Source: Tubiluchus corallicola (lineage: Eukaryota; Animalia; Priapulida). From it: 64,000 nucleotides of DNA. Shown here piece after piece: positions 26,501 through 39,500 of the stretch. The DNA lies in assembly GCA_030141605.1 (NCBI GenBank), contig JAQGDQ010000018.1:744001-808000 (forward strand), in the 5' to 3' direction. A program made the position numbers and the translations under genes. The notes under the pieces are model-generated. The model did not search any database, had not been told where the DNA came from, and saw only the letters and a list, made by a program, of their open reading frames with translations. The stretch's first letter is position 1. Each line of letters starts with the position of its first letter.

Positions 26501-29500
26501 AAAGTCTTGATGAGAACTAATATATGATAACTGTAGAATTCACAGTCATAACTGAAAAAAATGCAAGTCTTCTGTAAAACTATGATACTTTCAATGATCG
26601 CTCCGGTTATTTCTGTTGAAATTAAGATTTCTAAGAAATAGATCAATTAACATTAAATTTTAATTGTGCTGTTGTGCTTGATTGACAGTTAGGTTAGGAA
26701 CATGGTTAATTCAGTTGAGTTGTGTAAATTAAGGGTCAAAATCACAGGTTCTAGATCATGTAATGTTTCCCATTTTCAGCGTGCTATGAGAAACACCAAA
26801 TAGCAAATCTAGAAATGCAATGCAAGTTACTTCTTATATTATCTTCTGCTTTTGCACATTTAAAAAATCTATTCAACTTATCAAACTGCCAATGCAAATA
26901 TAATACTATTACAAATAATTAGTATACCTCTTGTTGAATTTTCCAAAATTCAAAATCCTTTTGTGTTTCTATCTGACAATTGATTGCTAAGGCATCTGGC
27001 AAGCACTTAACTTTTTTACTTTGAACCTAGAATTACACTAATTATTAGAAAATAACAGTTTCTTGTATTAGGCAATACACAAATCATTGACGACAAAATA
27101 TTGTTAGCATTACTTTACAAAGTAGGTTGGACAAACAGTTGGGTGAAGGAAAAGTTAACTTACAGTAGGTTGATACTTCTGACAGTTTTCACACCATGCT
27201 TGAGTTGTCTGTTCTAAACACATACTACTGCGCAGAACTTCAGCAAAGGTGATTGTCATTGGTTTTGTTAAACCTAAAATATTCACAATTTATAAACTTG
27301 TTCATACGACAACTGTCAAATTCTTTAACCCACTGCTATCATAAAATAAAATAAACAGCAACCCAAAATCATAAAATAATAGCAACACAAAGTTTGAATC
27401 ATGCAAAATAGTGTCCTAAACGAATCTAAACACAAACATTACTACAATATATTGTTAATGAGTTAACAGTTAATTGTTAATGTAAGAAGCTAAACAAGAT
27501 CTAACTGAGCATATAATCCTCATTAACTGTTGAAACCTACCTTGTAATTGGCAATCTGGATACAACAATGTAAACAACAATGTTGCAGAATTACGTGAAA
27601 CCTCGTGTTCGCAACGACATTTTACTGTACTAATCAGCCTAGTCGTGAACAAATCGCTAATGATGGATTTGCCAGAGTTGACAAATGTACTATAATGTAC
27701 AAAAAAAAAACAGATGTGATGAATCTTGTTGTATGAAGACAAATAAACTAACTGAGCTTGACGTTTGAAGTTATAAACATGGACTCGTAAATATTTTTCA
27801 AAATACTTACCTCTTTCTGTGTATCACTTGTAAAAGACACTTCTGAATAAGTCAAGCTAGTATTTTTCCACAGTCTCAAAATCAATACTCATCATTTAGA
27901 AATTTATATAATTTTTGAAACAATAGTAAAATGCCACTTGTGAATTGCCCGTGTGGCTGCTATAGTGAAGGCAAAATAGTTAAATCTGCTGAATCCTTTA
28001 TAAAGCCAAATTACAGTCTAAATTTAGAAAAGAAAAAGTGTCATAAATTTGAATGTAGTTATGCTGTGCACGATTAATACAATCCAAGTCATTGAAATCC
28101 ATGGAAACCAATAAAATGGTTCTACTCTTGGTGTAGTCTGAATCATTAAACTTAATATACACTGAAACACACAACCTAATTTTAATTCGTTATTTCGATA
28201 TAACAGTTCTCTTACCTATGTGCCATTTCTGGAGGTATAGCTGACTCTTTCTCTTGTGCAGCAGTTTCCTATAGAAAGAAATATAAAAAAACAAAAGACA
28301 AATATAAGATAAAAAAAGAGAAAGAAATATAAATAAGATGGGTACACAATATTAAATCTGTTTGGGAATGTTTGTGTGTTTCGACACCTTTGACCATTGC
28401 CAGTATATGCGTCCCCAGAAAGTATTCACTTATAGGCTTGTTCTAAATCAAAATGTGCAAGCTCAATGTACAGACAATGTATTAGTCTTCTCTGGCTGTT
28501 TCCTGAAAGAAGACTCAAGGTACTGCGTGTGGTAGCAATGCCTGTGGGAGGCAAATCTTAATAAGTCCTGCAGACTAGGCCACCATTTTATTCCACAACG
28601 AACCTCAACTCTCAGAGATCAGAACTAATTATCCTAATGATTGATTAATTAACTAACTTTTATACTACTGTATCAAATACTTTGTCAATTAAATACTAGC
28701 AGCCAAAAATTGAGGTTAAGCATGAGGCATTCTCATACTCAATAATGCCATTTCCTCTGAATGCAGCATTTTTAAAATCACCCTAGCCCTCTTACTCCTC
28801 TTTCTAAAGCACTATCCACCTCCTTTCTACACTGAGGGTGTAACACTTGAACAGTTTTTGTACGTTATGTTCCAGCAAAATTCTGAAACAATCAAATGCG
28901 TGCGATCAGAAAAACGTAGACTGTGGCAAGCCATGAGACTCACAAGAAATCTAAGTCAGTTTAAAAATACCAGTGTTTAAAAACTTTTCAGCCATTACTG
29001 GCTCATCCCAGCACATTTTCCAGCCTCTTAAATGAAGGAATATGCAACGTGCGAAATACACGCAAAATGGTGGGTTTTGCTTCTGTTCCTCCCAGTGGAT
29101 TCCAACTTGAAGCATTAATGAGACACTAGATCTATTTGAAGTATAAAACCTTGAAAATGTTGAAACTGTTAGCAACATAGCTTGGTAAATACATTAAATT
29201 GTTACATAAGTATAGCTTCATAGCAGTAGAATTCATATATGTTAGCTGTGCTTTTTAAATACTGTCATTCACAGCTCTGTATAACCCATAAGTCAAGTTG
29301 TAAGACCTTGAATGCACACTTTATATTAGGATCTGGTTATCAGAGAAATCTTGTTTGTAGAAACAATAGATGATTTAAAAAACAGCAAGTGCAATGTTAA
29401 GAAAACAGCAAAGTTTCAGAATTCAAACAAAATCAAATCTTATAGGTGTTCTTAATTTCAAGGGAAAGATGGTATAGTTGTCAAAGTGAGTGCTGTGACT

Positions 29501-32500
29501 CTCAATACCGTCTCTTATTCTACTGGCAATAAGCTTTCCGCCACACAAGGTTTCTAATTAGTTCTGCCCGACTTCCGTCACTTTGCCGAAATAAATGATT
29601 AAACGATTGTGCTGAATTTGCGCGGATCTTAATTCAATTCTACCGACAGCCTGCGAAAACGCTTAATCAACATAAACGACTTGCTGCACATAGCAATCAG
29701 ATTAAAACATCATTTTCCTAAAATTTTCCATTTTTCAAATTACTCGTATTAAAATATTTGAAATTTGTGGTGTAACTAAATAGCTTCCACTACTGGTTAC
29801 ATTTTTATTTCTCAAAGTCAAATTACGTATAAACAACATGATGCATCTTTGTTAGTACAGGCAGTATGTCACTTAAGTGATCTAGTTTTTTACTTAATGA
29901 GCAACAGAGGCTGCATCAATAAGAAAATATTCCTAAATGAAAAAGCTATACATTAGTGTTGGTATCTTTGTAAGTTGGCGAACACACCACCAGCAGAGCA
30001 GAATGACAGCACATATCAGCTTTTATACTGATGGGCCCAAACAAAGATCATTGCTCAAAGTAGGAGGTTGCAGTTAAAAAATAAGGCCCACAAAATGTGA
30101 ACCTTTGTGACTACTTTACTAATGACAGAAAATAGGGAGTTACAAACCACTGTCCTACACCCAAGGAATGTCTGGGTAAAAATATGAACTATATATATTT
30201 CAAAATATTCTGAACTAGAAACTGTCTAAAATTAGAAACTGACAAAAATGATCATGAGATCACCTTCCATGAAAAAAAAAACTGGAAAGATGCTTAGTAG
30301 ACATCTGTCAGTAAGCAAATATTTATAAGGGTATGAAAATAAAGAAATAGCTATTGCCAGGCAGTTTTTACACAATTATAGGTTAAAGTTTCAAAAACAA
30401 TTCTAAGCTGTGAATAGCAACACATCAAGTAATCAAAAATAGATTAGAGTAGATTAGATAACTTAGGTTAGATTAAATTAGAAGAAATTTGGTCAGATTA
30501 AAGTTTCAAAAATAATTTTAACCCGTGAACAATACATCAATAATCAAAAGTAGATTAGTGTAGATTAAACACCTTAAATTAGATTAACTTAGACTAGATT
30601 ATATCAGGTCAGGCTAGGGTAGAGTACGCTAGGTTAAATTAGATTAAGTTAAATTAGATTAGATTAGTTTAGTTCAGTTTAGATTAAATAAAAGTTTAAA
30701 TTTTTTTGACGGCTTTTTACAGAAAACCAGTTGCGATCCTTCTTTGAATGTATGCATATACATGCATTCCATTTCACATGTTATCATTAACCATGCCATT
30801 ATATACCATTTGGTAATTAAATGTAATGATAAGTTAGTGTAGAATAATGCACTTTTCGTATCAACCTTTCAGAAGATTATAACTTGCACACTCTTGGATG
30901 AATGGTCACTGAATACTGATGCTCGCGTTGATTACAAGTCAATTGTCATAATTACAGCAGCAATGTAACCTAATCATCCACTATACATTAAGATGTGATG
31001 TCTCGTAATTTGGTCATTATAAGAGCCAAGTCATACCAGAATTAGTATTCTACTGCTACTGCATCGTAAATGAGACCTTGAACCTTGAACTCGTAGCTCT
31101 CTAACTTTATATCGCACATTAGGTAAAGATGTCCCTTTTTTGTAAATCCAACAGTTTTTAAATCAAGATTTATTTGTATGTAACCCACTATTCACAAGAA
31201 ATGTATTATACGCTTTAGACGATTTGTGTTTTTACAAATCACGAGCAAATGTAAGATTATTCTCCGAATGATAAATTCTCTGAATGATAAAAAATGAATG
31301 AGTTGGTTATAATTTATGTGAATCTTTGCATGTGATTTATGAGGTACGAAAAAATGGGAAGTACGATTTTCTGCCACAAATGCTGAGAGCATAATTATTA
31401 AACATTAATTTAAAAATCATTAGCAATTATAATTACAAGGCTTTTAACAGCTTTAGCATCCATTATCATTAATAATAACATTGCATATTGCTAATGTTTA
31501 TACCGAAAAAGAACCCAAAATGCATCCAAAAATATCAATTTTTCCAGTTTTTTTTTAATAAGAACATATAACACTTCCACAAAAAACATCTTATAACCTG
31601 TGTTTTATAACAATTAATAAATCCTCACGCTACATTATGTTCTTGTTTGCACGATTCAAGACAAAAACACTCAAAACAGACATAAGACATTTGGTTATAC
31701 GCACTTAAGCTACTAATAACAGTGTCTTCAAACTATACTTGTCAATAATGACAAAGTCACTTTTTTACAAAAGTGATCACTTGAACTTCAATGCCCACTT
31801 TGAAAGAACGAGTGAAATATTGTGACAACTGCCGTATGCACACTAGTGTGCCTGTGACAGGTTTGTTATTAAAGACTTCAATCAAGGAAAATGGAGAGGA
31901 ACGTAATTTCTGAGTGAAATGAAGCGACCAAACCAGGAAGCAGTCAAGGCATTCATAAAGCGTTTAGCACAAAATGCTGTCGTTAGTCTGTAGAATATAA
32001 TGCACTTGATGTTACAATTCGTCTTGCATTCTACACAGATTACTTTCAAAAACAATTACCCACACAAACCAGCATTTCTGTCAGTACTACATACAAATTA
32101 GGAATAAGAACTGTGGTGTTCCTGCAAAAAATAATCAATAATTGGCCTGATTATCTGCAATCACCTCCTGTGTATTGATTGGTAAATACTTGACCAGCAA
32201 TTGCATTATTGAAAAATAATAAGCTTTTGCACGCCACTTGCAATATTTTCAGAATATCATAAACTTTTTTGCCATATTAGAATCACCTACAAAACAAAGC
32301 TTATAATCACAAATTTTTATTAGTGATCACATCTGAATGGCATCATATCTTAATTTCAAGAAAATATTTTGAAAAAGAAGGGACCTTCATAGAAGGTCAA
32401 TTAAGCAAAGCATCTCACATTTTTAATTAATACTTACATTATGTATTTGTTGCAAAATAAACCGATTCCAGTTCTGGATCAAACGAGCATAATTAACCTT

Positions 32501-35500
32501 ACTCGTATCCACGTTGTCACTCAGAATCAGACCAAGGCCTGATGCTTCTGGAACTGTCCTAAAGGCGCGGAGGAAATTTGTAGCCTAAATCAAACAAGAA
32601 ATGTACATTGCAAAAAGTTTACATCAAAAATTTCATTGTAAACTATAACACAATGACCATAATGATACAGAATCTATCGAACCACTAAAATGTACTATAA
32701 TATATTAGTATAGTATTGTTACTGTAAAAAGACAGCCAGCATGAATTTACCACTGACAAAATTTTTTATAAATAAAGAATATTAAATACCTGGCACGTTT
32801 CTCCTGGTTTGCTTGTATCTAACATATGCATCAGAAAACCAATTTCACAGGCTATGCAGAATTCTTTCTGGCATAAGTGACTCCTCAAGGAATTAGCTAA
32901 TGACTCAATGAAGTTGAGGAGCTAAGTGAGAGAATAAATCACAAATAATGGACAGTAACATCATTACTGTCCCACAAAATAACAATCATTAAACTGACAG
33001 CAAAATCCAAACGTTTAGCAGGCATGCTAATTGAGAAATCAATGTGCCACACACCCGCATGCACACGTACACCCACGTATGCATGCACGCACACACAAAC
33101 TCATAGAAATCCAGTTCAAGATAGAATTAAAATCAATAATTAAATTATAGTTCTTTTTGCAATGCAGCCAGCTCAGCAATTTGCAAGTTACCATTGTTGC
33201 AGACATAGGCAAATTAAAACGTGTTTACTTAGCTCATTCAAAATTAGCACACACTTGTAATCTACAACAGCTTTAATGAAGTAACAGTGCATTGTTGCGC
33301 ATGGTTGAATTGGTTTGTGTTGTAGAGATGATTTTTATAAAAAGCTATGTTTATGTACAATGAAGGTAAGAGATCAGTGGTCATGGCATGTGTAGGACTA
33401 TGAATGATAAGCAGCATAGACTTGGTTATCAAATGAATGGGTGACTGCGAGGAATACCCTCTAACCACTTGTATCTGCCACTCTGGTTCCAACCATTTCT
33501 CTTGAAGGGAAGAAGTACACACACACACAAGTATAGATAAGACACCTGCGATGGTTTAACGTCTCATCTTAGAGGGTTATCTTTGATAATGAGATTAGGT
33601 TCTACAACCATTCAACGCAGTAGCAAATACAGCATTGAAGCCAGCTTGCTGCATATGGGAACTGTACAAAAAATCAATTAGTGAAACTACGAATACACAG
33701 GAGGTAATTCCAGTACTGAAAAGCTTGGAAATAACATTTTAATTCTATTTCATACTGTTACTACACTTCCTGGATTTGAGATTTATCAATTCAGGCAATA
33801 CAAATTGTTAACAAATGTAATAGAGAATATCTCCAAAAAAATGTACTGGCACCTAACTGTTGCAAAAATAAAGATTATAAGGAGAAAAGAAAATCGATGA
33901 TATGGCAGCAAAACCAATTTCTGCCAGCAACAGTAGAGCATTTTATGTGATAAACTGCAACAAAAGCACTAATGGCATCTAACCAACAAAATTTGAAAGA
34001 CTATTGCAATATACTAAAAACTGAATCCTCAAAGGAAATGCCTAGCGAAAATATTGGGCAGTCAAGTTTCTTAAATTACATAAGTTGTTAATAAAAAACA
34101 CTTACGTGTTTTCTCACACACTTTGCTTACAAATCTGGTCAATTGTCATTTGACTTGAAAGTCAAAAAAATTACTGACAAGTTTCATTATCAAATGGGCA
34201 CTAGAAAACAAAAAGAATGCGTAACAATACCTGAACCACAGCATTACAGTAAGAGTTCGGCAGGCATGGTTCAAGTCCCGGGAAAGGCGTCTTATTATAG
34301 TGCTTAAAATCAAAGTCTTCTACTCCAAGCTTTGAATACTTCATTTCTACTTTTCTGTATCGTTTGGGTACGCTCAAAAATGGATTATCACCTGCAATGA
34401 AAAAATAAAAACCTTTTTATATAAGAAGTAATAATGTGTAATACAGAAATTTGAGTTATCACTGTCTTTCACCCCATTTACACTGAAGAAGCCACAGTCT
34501 GGAGAAATCTGGCAAACTGAAGGAAGAATACTGTTTAGATTAGTTTAAGGGAGACTAGACTATTGCGTCAGGGAATTTAGACCAAAAAAATATCAATAGT
34601 GTAAATACTGGTGGTCCTTAAATTAGATTTGCTTTTGTTTTGTGATTAAATTAGATTTTGTTTCATAACATCAAGCTTTGTATCACTATCACTATCACTT
34701 CTTGTTGATTTACCTCTTCCAAGTGGAGATTCTGGCACGCTTTTCTTTCTCTGTCTATTCTTTCCACCTCTGTCAATTTTATAGGGTACTTGATTACGAA
34801 GTCTGTTGCCAGGATTAGGTGCATAGCCGATGAACTGGACCAATTTCATCGATCTTAGAATGTCAGGATCTATAAGTGGTGGCTTTCTGTAAAAAAATAT
34901 TTTTACACATTAATACAGTTGTCCACGCACCAGTCTTAAAAGAAAAGTGTGATTTCAAATTGATCGAATAAACCCACAGTTACCAAATATTGAAACCAAA
35001 CTTCACTGAAAGAAAATAAAAAATGATTCAGACCTGGGATGTTTGGATCCCACTTTGATTAACAAAACAATGCCAAGACCACTATGTCATACCACGATGT
35101 AATTCAATTTCAATAAACGAAAAAGCAGAAAAGAAGCAAAAAAATAAAGTCTGTTGTATTGTACGTTCACATAGACATTGCTGACTTGCCCCAAAAAGTG
35201 GTTGAAAACGTTTTTTGGTGTTTTCTTGTAGTATTTGGTCCAGAGAATAACATATCCAAAGTAGGGCGAAAATAAGGGACGTATTGTTTAGGACTTGTGA
35301 ACAAAGTCTACCTGTTTCATCAACTAACATGCGAGTACTGTCACAACATAGCTTTTTTCTTTGTCATACTAGACTGCAGGAAAATGTTTAAGCACATACA
35401 AGAAGTAAGTCAGCTGCTTAGCTCTAGGAATAATGCTTAAGGACACAAAATTCTTCTAATACACTCTTCAACATTTATCATGTAGACCAGACTATCTTTT

Positions 35501-36311
35501 TCCTCTCCTGGGAAAATTTAAAACCAGTAAACGCTGACAGAACTGATTCTTTTTGGTGCCTATGGCATTTGCAATTTAATGAAAAGCTGTATACCTAAGG
35601 TATTTGCCTGTTCCAGCCATTAAGTAGAGTGTAGCAAATGTACCTAAAACATTGCATAATACTAGCGATGCATTCGAGGAACTGTACCAACAGTCAACAC
35701 TCAAACGTAACCTTGCTACGTTGTGACAGTACATGTATGTTAATTGACAAACAGGTAGACTTTGTTCACAATTCCTAAAAGATAACCTGATAAGCTGGGA
35801 ACAGCCATCTTGTTAGCCATCTTGAATGCTGTGGCCATATTGGATAATGAGCTCTAGAACTGTACAAAGTTTTATGCTTTTGATTCAAATGAGCATTTTG
35901 TCACCATTATGGTAGACTAAATATCAATTAATTTTTTTTTTCATCAAATGGCAGCCATCTTTTTTGACGTCATAATTAGACCCTTTGCAGTACTCAAATT
36001 TCAGCCTAATTTGGATATGTTATTCTCTGGACCATATGCTACAAGAAAACACCAAAAAAGTTTTCTTGCAAATTTTTAGGGGTAGGGCTATTTTTTCCGT
36101 TATATTGACCCCACTAAGATGGTTGTGGAATGACCGAGTGCTACCTAGTTATCAAGTGGTCTATCTGGTGGCCAAACTACCATTTATAGGCTTGGCCCGG
36201 TTCATTAGTGTTTTAGTCAGGTATTTCCCAGCAGACATCAGAAAGGGAGGGAAATGGATGAGTGCAAGACGAGAGAAAAAGCAATACATAAGGTCAAGAG
36301 AAGGAAAGAAC

Positions 36312-36363
<52 letters not shown>

Positions 36364-36374
36364 GGAGGGAGAGG

Positions 36375-36436
<62 letters not shown>

Positions 36437-36463
36437 GAGAGGGAGGGAGAGAGGGAGAGAGAG

Positions 36464-36502
<39 letters not shown>

Positions 36503-36535
36503 GGAGGGAGGGAGAGAGGGAGAGAGAGGAGAGAG

Positions 36536-36572
<37 letters not shown>

Positions 36573-39500
36573 GGAGAAAGAGAGAGAGAGGGAGGGAGAG
36601 AGAGAGAGAGGGAGGAGAAGGAGAGAGAGAGTTTCTTCGTTGTTCGTTTTTCTAAGAATCTATCAATTTTTATAAAGTTAAGCAACTATGGATCTAATCC
36701 CTTCTTTGGATTTTGCTTTCATTCTGCATAAATTCATTACATATTAGAGACCGCTGTGATTGAGTCTTTCGCCAGCAAAGTGTTGTTATGACTGCAGAAC
36801 AGGCAGTGATTGATTGATGAGATAGAACTGCTTGAATCGGTGTGAAAGTAATTAGTTAATGATTAATGTAATCAAGAGGCGTTCAATGACCAATTACCGA
36901 TTCCATGGCTAGTAGTATTGCGCGGTGCTACTCCCAGCGTCCATTTATCAACATTCAACTTGCACATACAGAATTTTTCCTGGAGCGCGGCCCTTCACGA
37001 CAAAACTTAATTGAAAGTTGAAATTAGCAAGCGGCATCTTTGCTACACTAAACGATGGCGTGACATTAGAATGACCTTTAGTTTCATGTCAAGTGACTTC
37101 TCGCGTTTATACATTCACTTTTATAATGCCTAAACTTTATAAATAGCAAAAAACTATGATCATCAGAACAAAGTACATCGAAGTCGAAATTCGATTCAGT
37201 CAATGAGTAAAGATTTATGACGTTAGGGATAATAAATTTTATTGATTATATTTTGTTTTTTATTTGTGAATAATTTTCTCCGTGTTAATTATTCAGAACT
37301 ATATCATAACAAAACTATTTGCTGATGACTGACGTAATTAACGTACTTGATTAACGTACTTGATTTTTTAACGTAATTAACTGTAACCAATTTTGCTTAA
37401 TTTGTTATAATGAGGCTAATTGGCTTACATTAGTTTACAAAAATTACATTAATATTAATTTTCACAATGTTTTAACCTCATATAAATAACATATGAATTA
37501 ATTAAGCCGCCTTTGGAAGACTGTTTTAACGCAAAACACTAATAGCGAGCTGCGTGTTCCTGCAGTTTCAAACGCTTAAACATTATAATTATTTCAGTGC
37601 AGCACAAAATCACTAAGAAGTAGCATGAATAAAATATGGAGCAATCTTCTCCTAAAGCACAATAATTGAATAAGCAGTTCATAATTCGATAAAGCAACTG
37701 TAGGCAGATGTTAATGCAATTACAGGTATAGAAGGGAAACCTGTAAAAGCTCTTGAGGCTTCTCAATAGGCTTTAGTGCTACTTTCCCCCCTTATCTCTT
37801 TGAGACGTACTTGTCGCTATTATAACACGATTACAGCAATGCTCTCTGAATACAAATTGCATGAATATTATCAGGTGTTGTTTAAATGCATGTACGCAAA
37901 TGACTAAACGCCAGCAGTATTAACAACAACAACGTCGACGACAGTGACCACGGGCACAGGACAAGCACAACTGGAACGATAACAACAATCATCATCATCG
38001 TCATCATCATCATTATTCAATTTGCCATCTTTAGCAGCAGTAGCAGCAGATGAACGATGACGATGACGGTGGAGGGTGGCAACACATGACGACAACAGAT
38101 GACGAGAACAAAAACAACAACAAAAAGAGAATAGGTTTCTTGCGTATCGATGATAAAGTAGAAATAGCTGAGCGAATCAAAGTGTGTGTTTAGCAATCGA
38201 AATTAAGCAACACCGAGGGGCAGAATATGCCCATGAATGGGGTGACCCAAATGTTTGGAGACGGTTTATTGAGTTCTATTCCACGTTCCATTCACGAATC
38301 CAACTACAGAATGATGAACTTTATAAAAATATGACAAGTTAAATAGAATTTTGAAATCACAATTCGAATCATAACTGGTTATCTCAAACATCTGCGTTTT
38401 ACCTGCTGGTTTTTATAATGTCGTACGAAATCGAATTTTGTGTATAAGTAATAAATAACAGCTGAGTATGATCTACATTTTTGCACAAAAACTTTAGAAT
38501 AGATGAACAAAACTCCGGGTAACAAAAAAAAAAGAAAAAACTGGTTCAGGCTTCTTGACGTTTTACACTGCAGCTACTCACTAATTACATTGCATGTAAT
38601 TAACATTTTCGCAGATTAATTAACATTAGCCACAGCACTGTTCGAGTGTAATTAATGTCATTAAGGAAATAATTTATCGCATGCTCGTACTATGGGGAGG
38701 CAGAGGTAATCAGATGTAAAAATAAACGTGAGAATGGAGCTTATAGAGGTGTGGATGGCGTTTTTAGAAACCGATTTTTTATGCCAAAATATCAATTATC
38801 CCTTTGTCTGTTTTACGTCCTAAACCAAATCTATAACAGACAACTCATGCAAACAATACTCAACCTACTCGTTTTAGCTAAGTGCCAATACGACAGACTT
38901 TCGAACAGTATGACCCAAGCACGATCGACAATCTATAAGACCATTAAGTGTATTCCATCGTATTTAAGAAAAATGTCCAATTTGCGTCTAAGGTTGTTGA
39001 TGTGCACTTGTACACCAAATAGCCCACCCACATTTGTCATTAATGTAAGTATAAGAATCCCCGCAATAACATATTCATTAAACAATATTTAATGATGGAT
39101 TTTTATATTTAATGATTTTCTTGTCATTAAAAATTTGTGTAGGGTGTGAACTATGAAATAACACCTGTGTTCAAGCTTACTGAATAAATTTTGAAGCTGT
39201 GGCTCTTGACATTTAATTAACAATGCGACACGTGTGTAATGTATAGTCTTCAAACTCCCGACTCGAGCTTAAAAAGCTGATTTGCCCATGTTTAACCCTG
39301 CCACAGTAAGCTAAATGCAATCAGCGGGGCTACGTGTAGCTCAATTCCACGGAAATTTTATGCAATCGTAGCTTAAGTGCCTAGCAATCAAGTGACAATT
39401 CACAAAGTGCAGTTACGGTAACGACGTTTTAAGAAAATTGATAGGACAAACACAATCAGCCAAAAACACAAATTCAATTGCCCAGAAACTGAAATTGCTT

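Noticed and set aside
33409-33458. A 5S rRNA gene
   Set aside because: Only ~50 nt and heavily diverged; treated as a SINE head or pseudogene fragment.
35985-36731. ORFs of 248, 174 and 133 aa (ERERER / SLSLSL)
   Set aside because: Produced by the stop-free (GA)n microsatellite plus inverted-repeat arms.
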